Source of the DNA: a virus
Lineage: Duplodnaviria > Heunggongvirae > Uroviricota > Caudoviricetes
Direction: 5' to 3' (one strand)
Virus record (IMG/VR): IMGVR_UViG_3300049988_000008
Coordinates: 15,648-79,647 of that record
Length of the DNA stretch: 64,000 nucleotides
Part shown: one piece after another, positions 63,619 through 64,000 of the stretch
Numbering within the stretch: position 1 is the first letter of the stretch
Layout of the letters: every line of letters starts with the position of its first letter
The notes under the pieces: generated by a model
What the model was told of the DNA's origin: nothing
Seen by the model: the letters and a program-made list of their open reading frames with translations, nothing else
Databases searched by the model: none
Translations under genes and position numbers: made by a program

Positions 63619-64000
63619 TTAGACGCCTTTGACGCCGACCTTGTTGGCGAACTTGCCGACGCGATCACCGGCTTCCGAGGCGCCAGCTGCAATGTAATCT
63701 TGCAGCAGGCCGTCGATGGTTGGTACAACCGTCTTGGCTTCCGAACGCTCACGCAGCAGCGTGATCTGTGCACGCATGGTCTTGGCCGCTTCGGTCAGGG
63801 CTTCCGCGCTGATCTTTTCGACTTTCGAACCCACTGGTTGCAGGCGCAGTTGCGACAGCTTGGCGCGCTTGACGACTTCAGCGATCACGGCTGGGATCGT
63901 ACCGTCCAGTGCGACGCCAACGCCGGACAGATCGGTATCTGCATCGATTGCCGAACCGCCGTACAGACGCACCAGCTTTTCGACTGCTGCTGCATCTGGT
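63619..64000 (-). CDS. Ala-rich alpha-helical protein resembling the phasin / PHA-granule-associated family. The N-terminus may lie beyond the window.
   Basis: The ORF 63619..63972 may extend past nt 64000. The protein is helical, Ala/Lys/Glu-rich, and ends ...GKFANKVGVKGV. DNA here is GC-rich relative to the rest of the window. The family assignment is tentative. Confidence 0.3.
   Translation of the reverse strand, partial: PDAAAVEKLVRLYGGSAIDADTDLSGVGVALDGTIPAVIAEVVKRAKLSQLRLQPVGSKVEKISAEALTEAAKTMRAQITLLRERSEAKTVVPTIDGLLQDYIAAGASEAGDRVGKFANKVGVKGV

Noticed and set aside
1-64000. CRISPR arrays, integrase/att sites, transposases, DGR/retron reverse transcriptases, inteins
   Set aside because: No spacer-repeat periodicity, no tyrosine or serine recombinase motifs, no RT motifs (YxDD), and no oversized insertions in NrdA or the polymerase were seen on manual reading. 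Their absence is consistent with a strictly lytic N4-like phage.

Overview
This window looks like most of the genome of an N4-like (Schitoviridae) podophage; the taxonomic call is inferred from gene content and motifs, not from a database search.

Plus-strand block 1-23292, in order:
- large terminase (5' end runs off the window)
- one small virion gene
- portal
- acidic scaffold-like protein
- major capsid protein
- five virion/ejection-type proteins
- a 3461-aa virion-packaged RNA polymerase with T7-like motifs (K..YG, HD); this is the N4 family hallmark

Minus-strand block 23289-35943:
- GNAT-like gene
- Rho-independent terminator
- cluster of 3 tRNAs (Gln-UUG, Tyr-GUA, Arg-CCU) plus an atypical 105-nt tRNA-like element
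- small membrane ORF
- RuvC-like resolvase, SSB-like protein, Sak4-like ATPase, MazG-like protein, primase-like protein
- Cas4-type PD-(D/E)XK nuclease, DUF3310-like protein
- class I ribonucleotide reductase NrdA/NrdB and ThyX

Plus-strand module 36007-49792, inserted into the replication/early region:
- FN3/J-like fiber
- beta-helix tailspike with a Big_2 domain
- FRDQY tandem-repeat protein
- Stf/gp37-like tail fiber and a Tfa-like chaperone
- two membrane proteins, a GH19 endolysin, a small basic ORF

Minus-strand block 49901-64000:
- rIIB-like and rIIA-like (GHKL motifs)
- family-A DNA polymerase and an SF1 Dda/RecD-like helicase
- HExxH+vWA protein
- a GC-richer cluster: SPFH-domain lipoprotein, phasin-like helical protein, hypotheticals

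Non-coding signals worth noting:
- intrinsic terminators after the capsid and other virion genes
- a near-consensus sigma70 promoter (TTGACG-17-TATTAT) feeding a ~70-nt terminator-ended transcript, a candidate sRNA
- a recurring class of GCGC-stem tetraloop hairpins 20-45 nt upstream of several start codons
- a perfect 10-bp palindrome operator upstream of an early gene
- long inverted repeats in the tRNA leaders

No CRISPR array, integrase or transposase was seen.
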